Translations under genes and position numbers: made by a program
In this document: positions 1-10,396 of the stretch, piece after piece
Layout of the letters: every line of letters begins with the position of its first letter
How positions within the stretch are numbered: the first letter of the stretch is position 1
Notes under the pieces: generated by a model
Databases searched by the model: none
What the model was told of the DNA's origin: nothing
What the model saw: the letters and a program-made list of their open reading frames with translations, nothing else
Assembly (NCBI GenBank): GCA_903860135.1
Contig: CAIOPG010000017.1
Coordinates: forward strand, 139,364 to 203,363
DNA from: Candidatus Omnitrophota bacterium
GTDB lineage: Bacteria; Omnitrophota; Gorgyraeia; Zapsychrales; Fredricksoniimonadaceae
Reading direction: 5' to 3'
Length of the DNA stretch: 64,000 nucleotides

Positions 1-993
1 TCGCCTGGTGCCGAGCGGATCGATCTCTGCAGCGATTGAAATCTTATCGCGAAGCATATTCTGCCGCAAGGCTTTTTCCTCAATTATTGAAGCAACCCCG
101 AATTTTTCCAATACACGCGCATTGTATTTCTGATGATCATTAGCTCCCGGATATGGAATAAGGATCGCGGGAATACCCAACAACCCCAGCTCAGTTACCG
201 TCCCTGCCCCTGCCCGCGCTATCACAAGATCCGCCGCCGCATAAGCCGTCGCCATCTGCTCCATATATTCACGTACCAAAGCCGGAACGCCCATCAACCG
301 GTAACGCTCTTTCACGCGCTCAAAATCATGCGGGCCTGTTAGATGAATAACCTGGAATTCCGGAATATTCGCAAAAGCATCCACCACGGTGCCATTGATC
401 ACACGACTGCCCTGGCTACCGCCAAAAACCAGCACCGTGCGCCGCCGAGGATCAAGACCCAACGCCTGATGCGCCGCCTCGCGTGAGATCACCGCCTCCA
501 AAGATCTCGACGGGTTGCCTGTCCACACCGCCTTGCCTGCTGGGAACAAGTCTACCGTTTCTCTGAACCCGACAGCGACCCGCTGTACAAAATGCGCCAG
601 AAACTTATTGGCTTCACCGACGACAGCATTCTGCTCGTGCAGCATAGAAGGGATCCCACCCATGACTGCCGACATAACGACCGGAAAAGAACTGTAGGCT
701 CCAAAACCAAGAACAACGGACGGCCGCATTCGCCTGATCATGCCCCAACATCCCGCACAAGCACACGCCATGGCACCTGCCGACCTCACCCGCCGTAAAA
801 AGCTCCTGGCAACAAACCCTTCAACCGCCACATCAAAACATTCAAAACCAGCCCCTCGGATCCTGTCCCCGGCCGCACCAAAAGAACCGACGAAGAAAAC
901 CTCACAGCCCAGGCGACGCAACTCATCCGCCGTGACCAGTGCCGGATAAATGTGACCGCCGGTTCCTCCTGTAGCCAGAAAGACCTTGCGCAT
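1..993 (-). CDS. murG: UDP-N-acetylglucosamine:lipid I GlcNAc transferase MurG (C-terminus beyond window edge)
   Basis: Reverse-strand ATG at 991-993 translates MRKVFLATGGTGGHIYPALV..., containing the G-T-G-G-H motif of MurG. Its start overlaps the ftsW stop by 4 nt. Not in the ORF track because it runs off the window start. Confidence 0.85.
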   Translation of the reverse strand, partial: MRKVFLATGGTGGHIYPALVTADELRRLGCEVFFVGSFGAAGDRIRGAGFECFDVAVEGFVARSFLRRVRSAGAMACACAGCWGMIRRMRPSVVLGFGAYSSFPVVMSAVMGGIPSMLHEQNAVVGEANKFLAHFVQRVAVGFRETVDLFPAGKAVWTGNPSRSLEAVISREAAHQALGLDPRRRTVLVFGGSQGSRVINGTVVDAFANIPEFQVIHLTGPHDFERVKERYRLMGVPALVREYMEQMATAYAAADLVIARAGAGTVTELGLLGIPAILIPYPGANDHQKYNARVLEKFGVASIIEEKALRQNMLRDKISIAAEIDPLGTRR

Positions 994-996
994 CGA

Positions 997-2163
997 TCAA
1001 CCTCCCAAATCCTGTGTTCGTGAAACATTGAGCATCAACCCGACCATCGTCATATTGAATATAAGTGCTGACCCGCCATAACTGATGAAAGGCAATGGCA
1101 ACCCTTTTGTCGGCAATGCACCGATGCTGACCCCGATATTAACAACCACCTGGATGCTCAGCATGACCATGATCCCCGCGCACAGCAAATACCCGAACGA
1201 ATCTGCCGTATGGCGGATGATCCGCGTCCCCTGCCAGATAAAGACACCGAACAGGATAATAACCAGCAACGCACCCCAAAACCCAAGCTCCTCACCGATG
1301 ATCGAAAAAATGAAATCCGTATGCGCTGCCGGAAGATAAAAAAGTTTCTGTACACTCTTGCCCAGGCCCACGCCCCAGAACCCGCCTGATCCCAGCGCGA
1401 TCTGGGATTGTGAAAGCTGGAACCCCGCTCCCTGGGCATCAAGCCAAGGATTCATGAAAGAAACAACCCGTCGGATACGGTAAGGCTCGGCAATGACCAG
1501 CACCGCGAAGATAGGAACCGCCAGCGCCAGAATAGCCGCAAACACGCCTTTGCGCCCACCGGCCATAAAGTACATCGACATTGTGATCGAAGCCACCAGC
1601 ACCGTATTGCCCATATCTGGCTGTTTCATGATGAGCGCACACATAAAAAGCATCACGATAATAATAGGAATAAAACCCCGGCGCACCGAACGGATCATCT
1701 CACGTTTGCGCGAGAAAAAATCCGCCAGATAAATGATCAAGGCAACTTTGGCATATTCCGACGGTTGAAAATTGATCGGTCCCAGGTTAAACCAGCGGCG
1801 TGCCCCCGATGATATCTTACCGATCCCTGGAATCAGCACAAGGATGAGCATGATCAAGGCCAGCACAAAGAGCGGGCGCGCATATTTCTGCAAGCTGCGG
1901 TAATCAATGACCATGGCCGTCCACATCATGGCACCGCCGATCACCATGAACATCAGATGCCGCTGAAGAAAATGCAGGCTGTTGCCCATAGTTTCGAGGG
2001 CATAAACACCGCTTGAACTGTAGATCATGACGGTGCCAAGGCTCATCAAAATAATAAAAGAAGCAAAGAAGATAAACCGGGTATCACGCATGTTCATCCC
2101 CCAGCCTGTGGACAATCTGCTTAAAAACCCTGCCGCGCTGTTCAAAATTGTCAAACATATCAA
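997..2163 (-). CDS. ftsW: FtsW/RodA-family SEDS protein (lipid II flippase / peptidoglycan polymerase)
   Basis: 388-aa multi-TM ORF at the canonical dcw position between murD and murG. Likely true start near 2097 (MNMRDTRF...), which reduces the overlap with murD. Confidence 0.85.
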   Translation of the reverse strand: MICLTILNSAAGFLSRLSTGWGMNMRDTRFIFFASFIILMSLGTVMIYSSSGVYALETMGNSLHFLQRHLMFMVIGGAMMWTAMVIDYRSLQKYARPLFVLALIMLILVLIPGIGKISSGARRWFNLGPINFQPSEYAKVALIIYLADFFSRKREMIRSVRRGFIPIIIVMLFMCALIMKQPDMGNTVLVASITMSMYFMAGGRKGVFAAILALAVPIFAVLVIAEPYRIRRVVSFMNPWLDAQGAGFQLSQSQIALGSGGFWGVGLGKSVQKLFYLPAAHTDFIFSIIGEELGFWGALLVIILFGVFIWQGTRIIRHTADSFGYLLCAGIMVMLSIQVVVNIGVSIGALPTKGLPLPFISYGGSALIFNMTMVGLMLNVSRTQDLGG

Positions 2164-3343
2164 AACTGGCTGTCATCGGAGAAAAAAGGATGCAGTCTCC
2201 GGGGACCGCCAGGCGTTGCGCGCAAGCCACGGCATCTTCAAGACCGCCCCGGATGACCGCTACGGGCAACACCTCTTCGAATGTATCCCTCAATTGCTCC
2301 TTGATCACCCCCATAACCACCAGGGCCGTAACTTTTTTACGCACCAGTTCGGTTAAAGAAGCGTAATCCAGCCGCTTGTCATATCCACCGGCGATCATCA
2401 CCGCCGGACGATCCAGCCGCTCGAGCGCCCAGCGCCCGGCCTCGACCGTCGTTGATTTTGAATCATTGATATATTCCACACCTTCAACGATCCGCACCTT
2501 TTCCATACGATGCTCGACACCAGGGAACGAAGCGCATACGTCGGCAACCACCCCTTCGGGAATGTCCAGGATACGCGCCACAGCAGCGACCGCCAGAAAA
2601 TTGGGATTGGCTGTGCCTGCCCGGTGAAAAAAGTTGATGTGGGAAGAAAGCCCGACGGCAACTCCCTGAACCAGGGGGTCATCCGCATTCAAAACCGCAT
2701 GATCTTCACCTGTCTGATTCATAAAAATACGTTTTTTCGCATTAAAATAATCGTGCATATCCGGATGCCGGTCAAGATGGTTCTGGCTGAAATTAAGCAA
2801 GACAGCGATGTGCGGCCGGAAGGTTTCGACCAGCTCCAGCTGGAATGAACTGATCTCGACAACAAAGTAATCAACACTGCCGCCGCCGACAACCTCTGAA
2901 AAAGGAACTCCCACATTACCGCACAGGCAGGCTTTCAAACCCGCGGCCTCAAGCACCTTGGCGATAAGCGTGGCCGTGGTGGTTTTACCGTTTGACCCGG
3001 TGACGGCAATGACCGGCTTGCGGCAAAACCGCCAGGCGAACTCGATCTCGCCCATGACCGGAATACCCTCTTCCCTCGCCCATTGTAAAGGTGCCGCATC
3101 TTTCCAGACACCAGGACTGGCGACCACCAGATCAGAGCCTTGGATAAAATCACGGGTATGCCCGCCAGCCTCGACGGCAACAGCTGGAATATCACTGAAG
3201 CCAGCGATCGCAGCCGCGATCACCTCCATCGACCTGGCATCACTGATCCTCGGCATTCCCCCTGCGGCCAGCACAAGATTAACGGCCGCCACCCCGCTCT
3301 TGGCCGCGCCGATCACCGTCACTTTTTTCCCTTTTAAGTCCAT
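2084..3343 (-). CDS. murD: UDP-N-acetylmuramoylalanine--D-glutamate ligase
   Basis: 419 aa with N-terminal GxGxxG (VTVIGAAKSGVAA) and the Mur-ligase motif GSNGKTTT; sits in dcw order. Confidence 0.9.
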   Translation of the reverse strand: MDLKGKKVTVIGAAKSGVAAVNLVLAAGGMPRISDARSMEVIAAAIAGFSDIPAVAVEAGGHTRDFIQGSDLVVASPGVWKDAAPLQWAREEGIPVMGEIEFAWRFCRKPVIAVTGSNGKTTTATLIAKVLEAAGLKACLCGNVGVPFSEVVGGGSVDYFVVEISSFQLELVETFRPHIAVLLNFSQNHLDRHPDMHDYFNAKKRIFMNQTGEDHAVLNADDPLVQGVAVGLSSHINFFHRAGTANPNFLAVAAVARILDIPEGVVADVCASFPGVEHRMEKVRIVEGVEYINDSKSTTVEAGRWALERLDRPAVMIAGGYDKRLDYASLTELVRKKVTALVVMGVIKEQLRDTFEEVLPVAVIRGGLEDAVACAQRLAVPGDCILFSPMTASFDMFDNFEQRGRVFKQIVHRLGDEHA

Positions 3344-3386
3344 ACCGCGATCCCTTACGCTTTGTTTTTAATTTATAGAATAATGT

Positions 3387-4478
3387 TCAGCGGATCTTCA
3401 ACGTTGTCAATGTCAGCAGCGCCAGGATGATCCCGGCGATCCAGAAACGGATAACGATCTTCGATTCCTTCCAGTTTATTTTCTGAAGATGATGATGATA
3501 CGGTGAACAGAGAAATATCCTTTTGCGTGTCAGTTTATACGATGTGACTTGCAGGATAACGGACAGGGCTTCCCAGACAAAAACCCCTCCGAGGATAACA
3601 AGCAACAGTTCTTTCTTGATGAACACCGCAATGATCCCCAGCGTTCCCCCAAGGGCAAGGGCGCCCACATCTCCCATGAAAATATCCGCCGGATGGGCAT
3701 TGAACCAGAGAAACCCAAGACTCGCCCCGACGATCGCGGCACAGAACACCGTCAGCTCACCCGTCCCCGGCAAATACGGAATAAAAAGATACTCACTGAA
3801 ATTCACGTTGCCGCTGACATAACAAAGAAACCCAAGGGTTATGGCCACGATGAGGGTACAGCCGATGGCCAGCCCGTCTAGCCCGTCGGTCAGATTTACC
3901 GCATTGGACGTCCCTACAACAACGCCCATGACAAACAGCATATAAAAGGCACCCAGGTCGATGACCAGATTCTTCATGAACGGGACATCCAGGGTCGTGG
4001 CCACATGCAGCTGGCTATAGACATAAAAACTCACAAGTCCGGCCAATAGCACCTGCCAGATCATTTTCGTGCGCGCGCTCAGACCGTTCTTTTTCCGCCC
4101 GGAAAGCTTCATGTAATCATCAAAGAAACCCAGCACCGCGAGCCAGATGCTCGTCAATATCGTCAATAAAATATAAGGGTTGCTTAAATCAGCCCAAAAC
4201 AGGACCGAAAGGATGATACTGCCAATGATAAGAATACCGCCCATCGTGGGCGTACCCTGCTTGGACTTGAGCTCCTCGCCAAGGATCTGCCCCCGTCCCT
4301 GCCCCATCACTGGTTTCTCCCCCAGATTCCATTCCTTAAGCTTGCGGATAAACCACGGCCCGACAATAATGCATATCAAAAACGTCGTGACAGCCGCCAT
4401 ACCCGCGCGGAAGGTGATGTACTTGAAAATGTTCAACGGAAAATACTCGGCCCGGAGCAATGACAAATAATAAAACAT
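3387..4478 (-). CDS. mraY: Phospho-N-acetylmuramoyl-pentapeptide transferase
   Basis: 363-aa polytopic membrane protein at the dcw position between murF and murD. Confidence 0.9.
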   Translation of the reverse strand: MFYYLSLLRAEYFPLNIFKYITFRAGMAAVTTFLICIIVGPWFIRKLKEWNLGEKPVMGQGRGQILGEELKSKQGTPTMGGILIIGSIILSVLFWADLSNPYILLTILTSIWLAVLGFFDDYMKLSGRKKNGLSARTKMIWQVLLAGLVSFYVYSQLHVATTLDVPFMKNLVIDLGAFYMLFVMGVVVGTSNAVNLTDGLDGLAIGCTLIVAITLGFLCYVSGNVNFSEYLFIPYLPGTGELTVFCAAIVGASLGFLWFNAHPADIFMGDVGALALGGTLGIIAVFIKKELLLVILGGVFVWEALSVILQVTSYKLTRKRIFLCSPYHHHLQKINWKESKIVIRFWIAGIILALLTLTTLKIR

Positions 4479-4481
4479 CGT

Positions 4482-5855
4482 TTATCCTTTCAGGAATTCA
4501 ACCAGATCGTGAACCACTTTTTCCATATGCATACCGCGCGACCCCTTGGCCAAAAACACATCGCCGGGACGCACATAACCTTTCAGCTCCTCCACCATCA
4601 ACGACTGCCGCTCAAAGTGCCTGACATCAAGGGCAGGCCGAACCGCGCGCGCGGCCTCGCCGATAAGCCGGCCTTTTGATCCACAGGTAAACAATGCATC
4701 CAGATGCGCCTTAGCCGCCATTTCACCGGTCGCGCGGTGCAGGTCATCGGAGCCATCGCCCAACTCAAGCATATCCGCCGCCGCCATGATCGAACGGCCG
4801 CGGATCTGCATCATATCCAGTGCCTTAAAGGCATTCTGATATGAAACCGGATTGGCATTGTACGTATCATCAATGACCGTGACACCGCCGGCCCTGATCA
4901 GGCACTGCCGGCCTTTTGCCGGCCGCAAACGCCCCAGTGCCTTGCCCGCCACGTTCCCTGGCACATCTAAAATACGCCCGCAGGCCAAAGCCGCCAACGC
5001 ATTGCCCGCCGCCCCTGGAGACGGACTTTTTAAAATAAAAGCTTCTCCGGTTTGTGTTTTTAGATGCACCCCGCGGGCATCGAGCGTGATCGCAACAGCC
5101 TTTACGTCAGCCCCCGCCTTAATGGCGTAGGAAATAATCCTCTGTTTAAGCCCCATGGTCAAGAGGCGGCTCCAGTAAGGATCATCCGCATTCACAACAA
5201 CAGCCCCATCTTCGGGTAAAAACCTGAGCAATGAAACCTTTTCCTCAAAAACCCCTTCAGGGCTTCCCAGCCCCTCCAGATGCGACGCGCCGACATTCGT
5301 GAATACAGCTATTGTCGGACAGGCAATTTCTGCCAGCCATGCGATCTCACCCGGATGATTCGTACCCATCTCGATCACCGCGGCCTCATGCCGCGCACGC
5401 AGCTTCAACAGGGTCAAGGGCACGCCCATGTGATTGTTTTCCGTCCCCTTATTAAAAAGAACACGGTATTTCTGGCCCAGGACAACTGCGATCATTTCCT
5501 TGGTCGATGTCTTGCCGGCACTGCCTGTAACAGCAATAACAGGGATTTTAAAACGGAGCCTGTGATGCCGGGCGATACATCCCAGCGCCTTGACGGTATC
5601 ATCCACGACAATAACAGCAGATCCTGTGGGCACAACAATGTCCTTGCGGCTGACCATCACCGCCGACGCGCCAAGGGCCACTGCTTTTTCCAGAAAATCA
5701 TGCCCGTCAAAATTGTCTCCCTTGACCGCCACAAAGATCTGGTTGCGCCGGATCAGGCGTGTATCGGTCGAAACCCCGTTAACACGCGCATGAGCCTCGC
5801 CCGCCACCAGGGTGCCTTTAACCGCTTCGGTGATCTCGCCTAGCGTAAACCCCAT
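4482..5855 (-). CDS. murF: UDP-MurNAc-tripeptide--D-Ala-D-Ala ligase
   Basis: 457 aa with Mur-ligase P-loop GSAGKTSTKE, following murE. Confidence 0.9.
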   Translation of the reverse strand: MGFTLGEITEAVKGTLVAGEAHARVNGVSTDTRLIRRNQIFVAVKGDNFDGHDFLEKAVALGASAVMVSRKDIVVPTGSAVIVVDDTVKALGCIARHHRLRFKIPVIAVTGSAGKTSTKEMIAVVLGQKYRVLFNKGTENNHMGVPLTLLKLRARHEAAVIEMGTNHPGEIAWLAEIACPTIAVFTNVGASHLEGLGSPEGVFEEKVSLLRFLPEDGAVVVNADDPYWSRLLTMGLKQRIISYAIKAGADVKAVAITLDARGVHLKTQTGEAFILKSPSPGAAGNALAALACGRILDVPGNVAGKALGRLRPAKGRQCLIRAGGVTVIDDTYNANPVSYQNAFKALDMMQIRGRSIMAAADMLELGDGSDDLHRATGEMAAKAHLDALFTCGSKGRLIGEAARAVRPALDVRHFERQSLMVEELKGYVRPGDVFLAKGSRGMHMEKVVHDLVEFLKG

Positions 5856-5857
5856 AA

Positions 5858-7339
5858 CTAACCTTTTTCGTTGAGAATACGGGCAACGATCTCCCGCTCA
5901 TTAAAAGCAATCGTCCGCTCGCCTAAAATCTGGGTTGTTTCATGCCCCTTGCCTGCCAGAAGAACAATATCATCCTTGCGCGCCATGGCCAGGGCCGCGC
6001 GTATGGCTGCCTCCCGATCGGGAATGATTTCATACATCGGCCGCGCAAATCCGGGCACGATCTCCGCGATGATCGCCTCAGGATCCTCGCCGCGCGGATT
6101 ATCCGACGTCAAGAACGCATGATCCGCCAGGGCGCATGCCACACGCCCCATGCGCGGGCGCTTGGTGCGATCCCGATCGCCGCCGCATCCAAACACAACG
6201 ATCAGCCGGGCATGCGGCACAGCCTTAAGGCAGTTGAGCACATTCTGCAAGCCATCATCCGTATGGGCATAATCAACGAACACACAAAAATCCTGCCCAC
6301 CATCAACACGTTCAAGCCTGCCCGGCACACAGGCCAGGGCCGCAAGCCCTTGACTAACTATAACAGGTTCGATCCCCGCGCCAACCCCGGCGGCAAAAGC
6401 CGCAAGCATATTATAAATGTTATGCCTGCCTATAAAATGCGTCTGAACAGGAAATGCCTGCTCCCTGAAATTGATCGTGAAACGCGTTCCCATCAGGCTG
6501 AAATCATCTATGTGCGCCGCAATATCCGCCGGCAAATCAAGCCCGTATGTCAGGACCCGCGCGCGCGTCATGGGAACAAGCCGCCGCCCGTAGGCATCAT
6601 CGGTATTGATGACGGCAAATGCCCCGGCAGAAAGCCCCCTGAACAAACGGGCCTTGGCCTGAAAATAATTTTCCATGGTTCCATGCGCATCGAGATGATC
6701 ACCGGTAAGATTGGTGAATATCCCGCCAATAAAATCAATGCCATCGACACGGCCCTGCGCCAGCGCATGCGAAGAAACCTCCATGACCGCATAGGGCACG
6801 CCATCAGACGCCAAACTTGCCAGAAACAACTGATTGTCCAGAAATCCCGGCGTCGTATTCTTTGACGGCCACAGGCGCGCCCCGACCCGGCAATTGACCG
6901 TACCCACCACGCCGCTTTGATGCCCTGCTGTATGAAGAACAGCTTCCAGGAAATAGGTGATCGTTGTTTTCCCGTTGGTCCCCGTCACGCCTATAACGTT
7001 GACCTGCCGGGAGAGAGGGCCGTAAAGATGGCCAGCCGCCGCATGGAACACCGCGCGTGGATCATTAACGCGCAAAAAACACACCCCCGCAGGAATCGCT
7101 TCGCTTGAGCCAAAAGACGATGCCCCGGCAGCGACAATAACCTTCGCTCCCTTTAAAATGGCCTGCGCAATGAAAATATCGCCATCGTGCGTCGTGCGTG
7201 CCGCCGGTGGAAGCGCGGCAAAAAGACTTCCCGGTGTGACACGGCGGGAATCATCCCAGACAGCAGGGATATCCATATCCGCAAAACACCCGAGCCCATC
7301 CGTATGCGCTGTCCCAGCCAACAAATCCCTTAGTCGCAC
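5858..7339 (-). CDS. murE: UDP-MurNAc-L-Ala-D-Glu--2,6-diaminopimelate ligase
   Basis: 493 aa with Mur-ligase motif GTNGKTT, located between ftsI and murF. Confidence 0.9.
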   Translation of the reverse strand: MRLRDLLAGTAHTDGLGCFADMDIPAVWDDSRRVTPGSLFAALPPAARTTHDGDIFIAQAILKGAKVIVAAGASSFGSSEAIPAGVCFLRVNDPRAVFHAAAGHLYGPLSRQVNVIGVTGTNGKTTITYFLEAVLHTAGHQSGVVGTVNCRVGARLWPSKNTTPGFLDNQLFLASLASDGVPYAVMEVSSHALAQGRVDGIDFIGGIFTNLTGDHLDAHGTMENYFQAKARLFRGLSAGAFAVINTDDAYGRRLVPMTRARVLTYGLDLPADIAAHIDDFSLMGTRFTINFREQAFPVQTHFIGRHNIYNMLAAFAAGVGAGIEPVIVSQGLAALACVPGRLERVDGGQDFCVFVDYAHTDDGLQNVLNCLKAVPHARLIVVFGCGGDRDRTKRPRMGRVACALADHAFLTSDNPRGEDPEAIIAEIVPGFARPMYEIIPDREAAIRAALAMARKDDIVLLAGKGHETTQILGERTIAFNEREIVARILNEKG

Positions 7340-7375
7340 GTCTTCATCCTTTCCATATACCGCCCATAACCACGA

Positions 7376-9073
7376 TCACTCCTCGAGAAGCCCCATCCGC
7401 CGGGCGCTGGCCATATATCTCAGCGAATCCTCGACGATCTCTTTAAAAACAGGTGCTGCCACAAGGCCTCCATAATAAATAGGATGTGGCGTATCCACTG
7501 TAACAACGATCGCCAGCTGGGGATCCTCGACCGGGGCGAATCCAATAAATGAAGCCACAAACTTGCTGTGCGAATAAACACCATTGACGACTTTCTGGGC
7601 TGTCCCAGTCTTGCCGCCGGCGGTGATATCCTTCATCTTGGCGGCCATGGCCGTCCCCTCATCAACAACACCCTGAAGAATGCTTTGCAGGCGACGGGCG
7701 ATGTCGGGATGAATAACCTGCCCCTGCGGCTGCGGCTGAAACTGTGTCCTGGTATTCCCATGCGCATCCTTGATCGCTTTAACATAATACGGCTTCATGT
7801 AAAGCCCGTTATTGGCAATGGCCGCGATCGCCGCCACAAGCTGGATCGGGGTCACCGTGACTTCCTGCCCGATAGGGATCGCGCCGATACTTGTTTTGGA
7901 CCATTGCGCCGGCGGCTTCAAGAGACCGCCGACCTCTCCGACCATTCCGATCCCGGTCTTCATCCCGAATCGAAAACGCCGGGCATATTCATAAACCTTC
8001 GCCGGGCCAAGCTTTTCCGCGATCTTGGTCACACCGATATTGCTGGAATGCTCAACAACCTGTCGGAACGTCAAATTGCCCAGCGGTTCATGATCATTGA
8101 GGATATGATTCCCCACCCGGTACTTGCCATTCTCACAAAAAATAATATCCTCTTCCTTGAACGCCCCCTCTTCGAGCCCGGCAGACGCCGCCACGATCTT
8201 GAACACCGATCCGGGTTCATAAACAAAGGCAACCGCGCGGTTGGTGCGATTTTCTGCCGGCGACGCTTCCGGGGCGTCTGGACGGAAAGTTGGACAATTG
8301 GCAAAAGCGAGAACCTCCCCGGTCTTGGGGTCAAGCACAATAACCGAAGCACTGGCCGCATGATATTTTTCGAAAGACCTTCGGAGTGCCTGTTCGGCTA
8401 TGAACTGGATCGTCTCATCAATGGTAAGGACAATACTGTCTCCGTCTTTGGGCGCGATGAAGTCCTTCTCGATCATGAGATCGCGCATACGGGCATCTCT
8501 CAGGAACTGGGCCATCCCCTTCGCTCCCCGCAAATAACGGTCATACTCAAGTTCAACCCCTTGAAGGCCGGCATTGTCAATGTTCGCAAAGCCTATCACA
8601 TGCGCCGCCAGACTGCCATTGGGATAAAACCGGCGGCTTTCTTTCACAAACCCAAGCCCCGGGATTTTTTGCGCCTTGAGTGCCTCATACTGTTCCGCGG
8701 AAAGTTTGCGGGCCAGCCATACAAAACTTTTCTCTTTGGCCATACGCTCGGCGTACACCGACAGCGATCCGCCGGCCACCGCTACCACTGCCTGGGCCGC
8801 CCTGTTCTTCTGCACAGCGGTCATCGCGCGCGGATTGGCAAAGAGCGAATAGGCCGGCACATTGAGGGCGAGCGAACGCATGTGACGGTCATAAATTGTG
8901 CCACGCACCGGTTCAAGCTCAACGATATGGTTGTGCTGTTTATCCGCTTTCTCAGCAAGGTAGTCGGCGCGAAAAACCTGTATCAGGGATAATTTGACGC
9001 AAAAAAGAATGATGCAGAAAAGAAAGATAAAAAATATCAGACCGACACGTGTGGGATATTTTTGAAAATGCAA
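7376..9073 (-). CDS. ftsI: Penicillin-binding protein / peptidoglycan D,D-transpeptidase (FtsI class)
   Basis: 565 aa with an N-terminal TM anchor followed by PBP dimerisation and transpeptidase domains (SxxK-type region ...AFVYEPGSVFK...); dcw context. Confidence 0.85.
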   Translation of the reverse strand: MHFQKYPTRVGLIFFIFLFCIILFCVKLSLIQVFRADYLAEKADKQHNHIVELEPVRGTIYDRHMRSLALNVPAYSLFANPRAMTAVQKNRAAQAVVAVAGGSLSVYAERMAKEKSFVWLARKLSAEQYEALKAQKIPGLGFVKESRRFYPNGSLAAHVIGFANIDNAGLQGVELEYDRYLRGAKGMAQFLRDARMRDLMIEKDFIAPKDGDSIVLTIDETIQFIAEQALRRSFEKYHAASASVIVLDPKTGEVLAFANCPTFRPDAPEASPAENRTNRAVAFVYEPGSVFKIVAASAGLEEGAFKEEDIIFCENGKYRVGNHILNDHEPLGNLTFRQVVEHSSNIGVTKIAEKLGPAKVYEYARRFRFGMKTGIGMVGEVGGLLKPPAQWSKTSIGAIPIGQEVTVTPIQLVAAIAAIANNGLYMKPYYVKAIKDAHGNTRTQFQPQPQGQVIHPDIARRLQSILQGVVDEGTAMAAKMKDITAGGKTGTAQKVVNGVYSHSKFVASFIGFAPVEDPQLAIVVTVDTPHPIYYGGLVAAPVFKEIVEDSLRYMASARRMGLLEE

Positions 9074-9119
9074 GGCCGTTGACTTTTCTTAAAAGGTTGC
9101 ACGCAACAAAGGGTTAATT

Positions 9120-9470
9120 TTAATGAGACGCGAACGCCAGCGTCATGACACGACCAACCAAACCCTGCCCGCGCTCAATACCGGCAGCGAAAACACCCGT
9201 GGTGGCGGCAGACTCGACCTCAACCACATTCCTGCGGCTGGCAAAACGGTACCCGCTGTTCTCCTTGACCAGGAATTCCCGCCCGATATTATCAGAGGAC
9301 TTAAGGCGGAGAATATCATTCTTGACGGCAGCGTTGTGCTCGGCCAGCTTTTCAATGTGCGATTCTTTCTTTTTACCCTGATACGCCAGGGCGTAAATAT
9401 TCATCTGCAAATGAATATAGAGTAGTGCCATCACTGTAATAACCGCCATCCCCTTAAGAAAATGTCCCAT
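9120..9470 (-). CDS. ftsL: Cell division protein FtsL-like (single-TM plus coiled coil)
   Basis: 116 aa with one N-terminal TM helix then a charged/coiled segment, at the rsmH-ftsI junction; overlaps rsmH by 17 nt. Confidence 0.6.
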   Translation of the reverse strand: MGHFLKGMAVITVMALLYIHLQMNIYALAYQGKKKESHIEKLAEHNAAVKNDILRLKSSDNIGREFLVKENSGYRFASRRNVVEVESAATTGVFAAGIERGQGLVGRVMTLAFASH

Positions 9471-10371
9471 CGCCTTCTATCCTTTCGATAACTCTTAACC
9501 GGGCACTGCGGGCCCGCGGATTATCCGCGTCCTCGACGTCGCCCGGCCTCAATGGTTTTTTTGTCAACAACACCGCGCGCCCTTCGCGCGCCAGCGCCTT
9601 AAATGCCCCTTTCACAATCCGGTCTTCAAGTGAATGGAAGGCAATAACCGCCATCCGCCCGCCGGGAGCCAGCCGTTCAAAAGCCGTTACCAACGCCTCT
9701 CCCAGGATTTCAAGTTCCCGGTTGACCGCGATCCTCAGCGCCTGGAACGTCCGTGTTGCCGGATGCAGGCGGTTGCGCTGATACCCGCGCGGCAAAGCCC
9801 TGAGGACAATATCGGCCAAGCGTGCGGTAGTCGTGATCCGCTCACTGGCGCGAGCCATGACGATCACCCTGGCAATACGCCGGGAAAAGCGCTCTTCCCC
9901 GTACTTGAAGATAATGTCCGCCAGTTTTTCTTCGGGCCATTCATTGACCAGATCTTCCGCGCTCGTTGCCGCCGCGCGATCCATGCGCATATCCAGCGGC
10001 CCATCCATGCGAAAACTGAACCCGCGCCCGGCGTCATCGAGCTGAAGGCTGGAAACACCCAGATCAAAAAGGATCGTGTTGACCTTTTCAACCCCCAGAC
10101 CATCGAGAACAACAGCAAGGCTTGAGAAATTACTTTTAACAATGTCCAGCTGACCCGCGAACCCTGCCAGACGCCCCCGCGCTTTGTCGATCGCGTTGAT
10201 ATCCTGATCTATGCCAATGATCCGTCCTGAGGGACCAATGCGCGCCGCCATCATCGCCGTATGCCCACCTAGCCCCAGCGTGCAATCGAGCACAACCGCG
10301 CCAGGAGCCGGGTCAAGAAGGTCACCGACCTCAGCGAGCATGACCGGAATATGCAGGGCTTCAGTTGTCAT
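9454..10371 (-). CDS. rsmH: 16S rRNA (cytosine1402-N4)-methyltransferase RsmH/MraW
   Basis: 305 aa, MTTEALHIPVMLAEV...LDCTLGLGGHT, typical MraW SAM-methyltransferase N-terminus. Confidence 0.9.
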   Translation of the reverse strand: MTTEALHIPVMLAEVGDLLDPAPGAVVLDCTLGLGGHTAMMAARIGPSGRIIGIDQDINAIDKARGRLAGFAGQLDIVKSNFSSLAVVLDGLGVEKVNTILFDLGVSSLQLDDAGRGFSFRMDGPLDMRMDRAAATSAEDLVNEWPEEKLADIIFKYGEERFSRRIARVIVMARASERITTTARLADIVLRALPRGYQRNRLHPATRTFQALRIAVNRELEILGEALVTAFERLAPGGRMAVIAFHSLEDRIVKGAFKALAREGRAVLLTKKPLRPGDVEDADNPRARSARLRVIERIEGDGTFS

Positions 10372-10396
10372 GAATGCCTCTTAACGGTAAGTTTCA

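Noticed and set aside
7568-8992. 474-aa plus-strand ORF lying entirely inside ftsI. Similar long antisense ORFs sit inside murE (5942-6865 +), ilvB (35136-36194 -), lhgO (62682-63656 +), modular protein 3 (54155-55033 +) and the permease (24395-25060 +).
   Set aside because: High-GC DNA gives long stop-free antisense frames. These have low-complexity Arg/Pro/Gly-rich translations, no SD and no family resemblance, whereas the opposite strand encodes clearly recognisable proteins.
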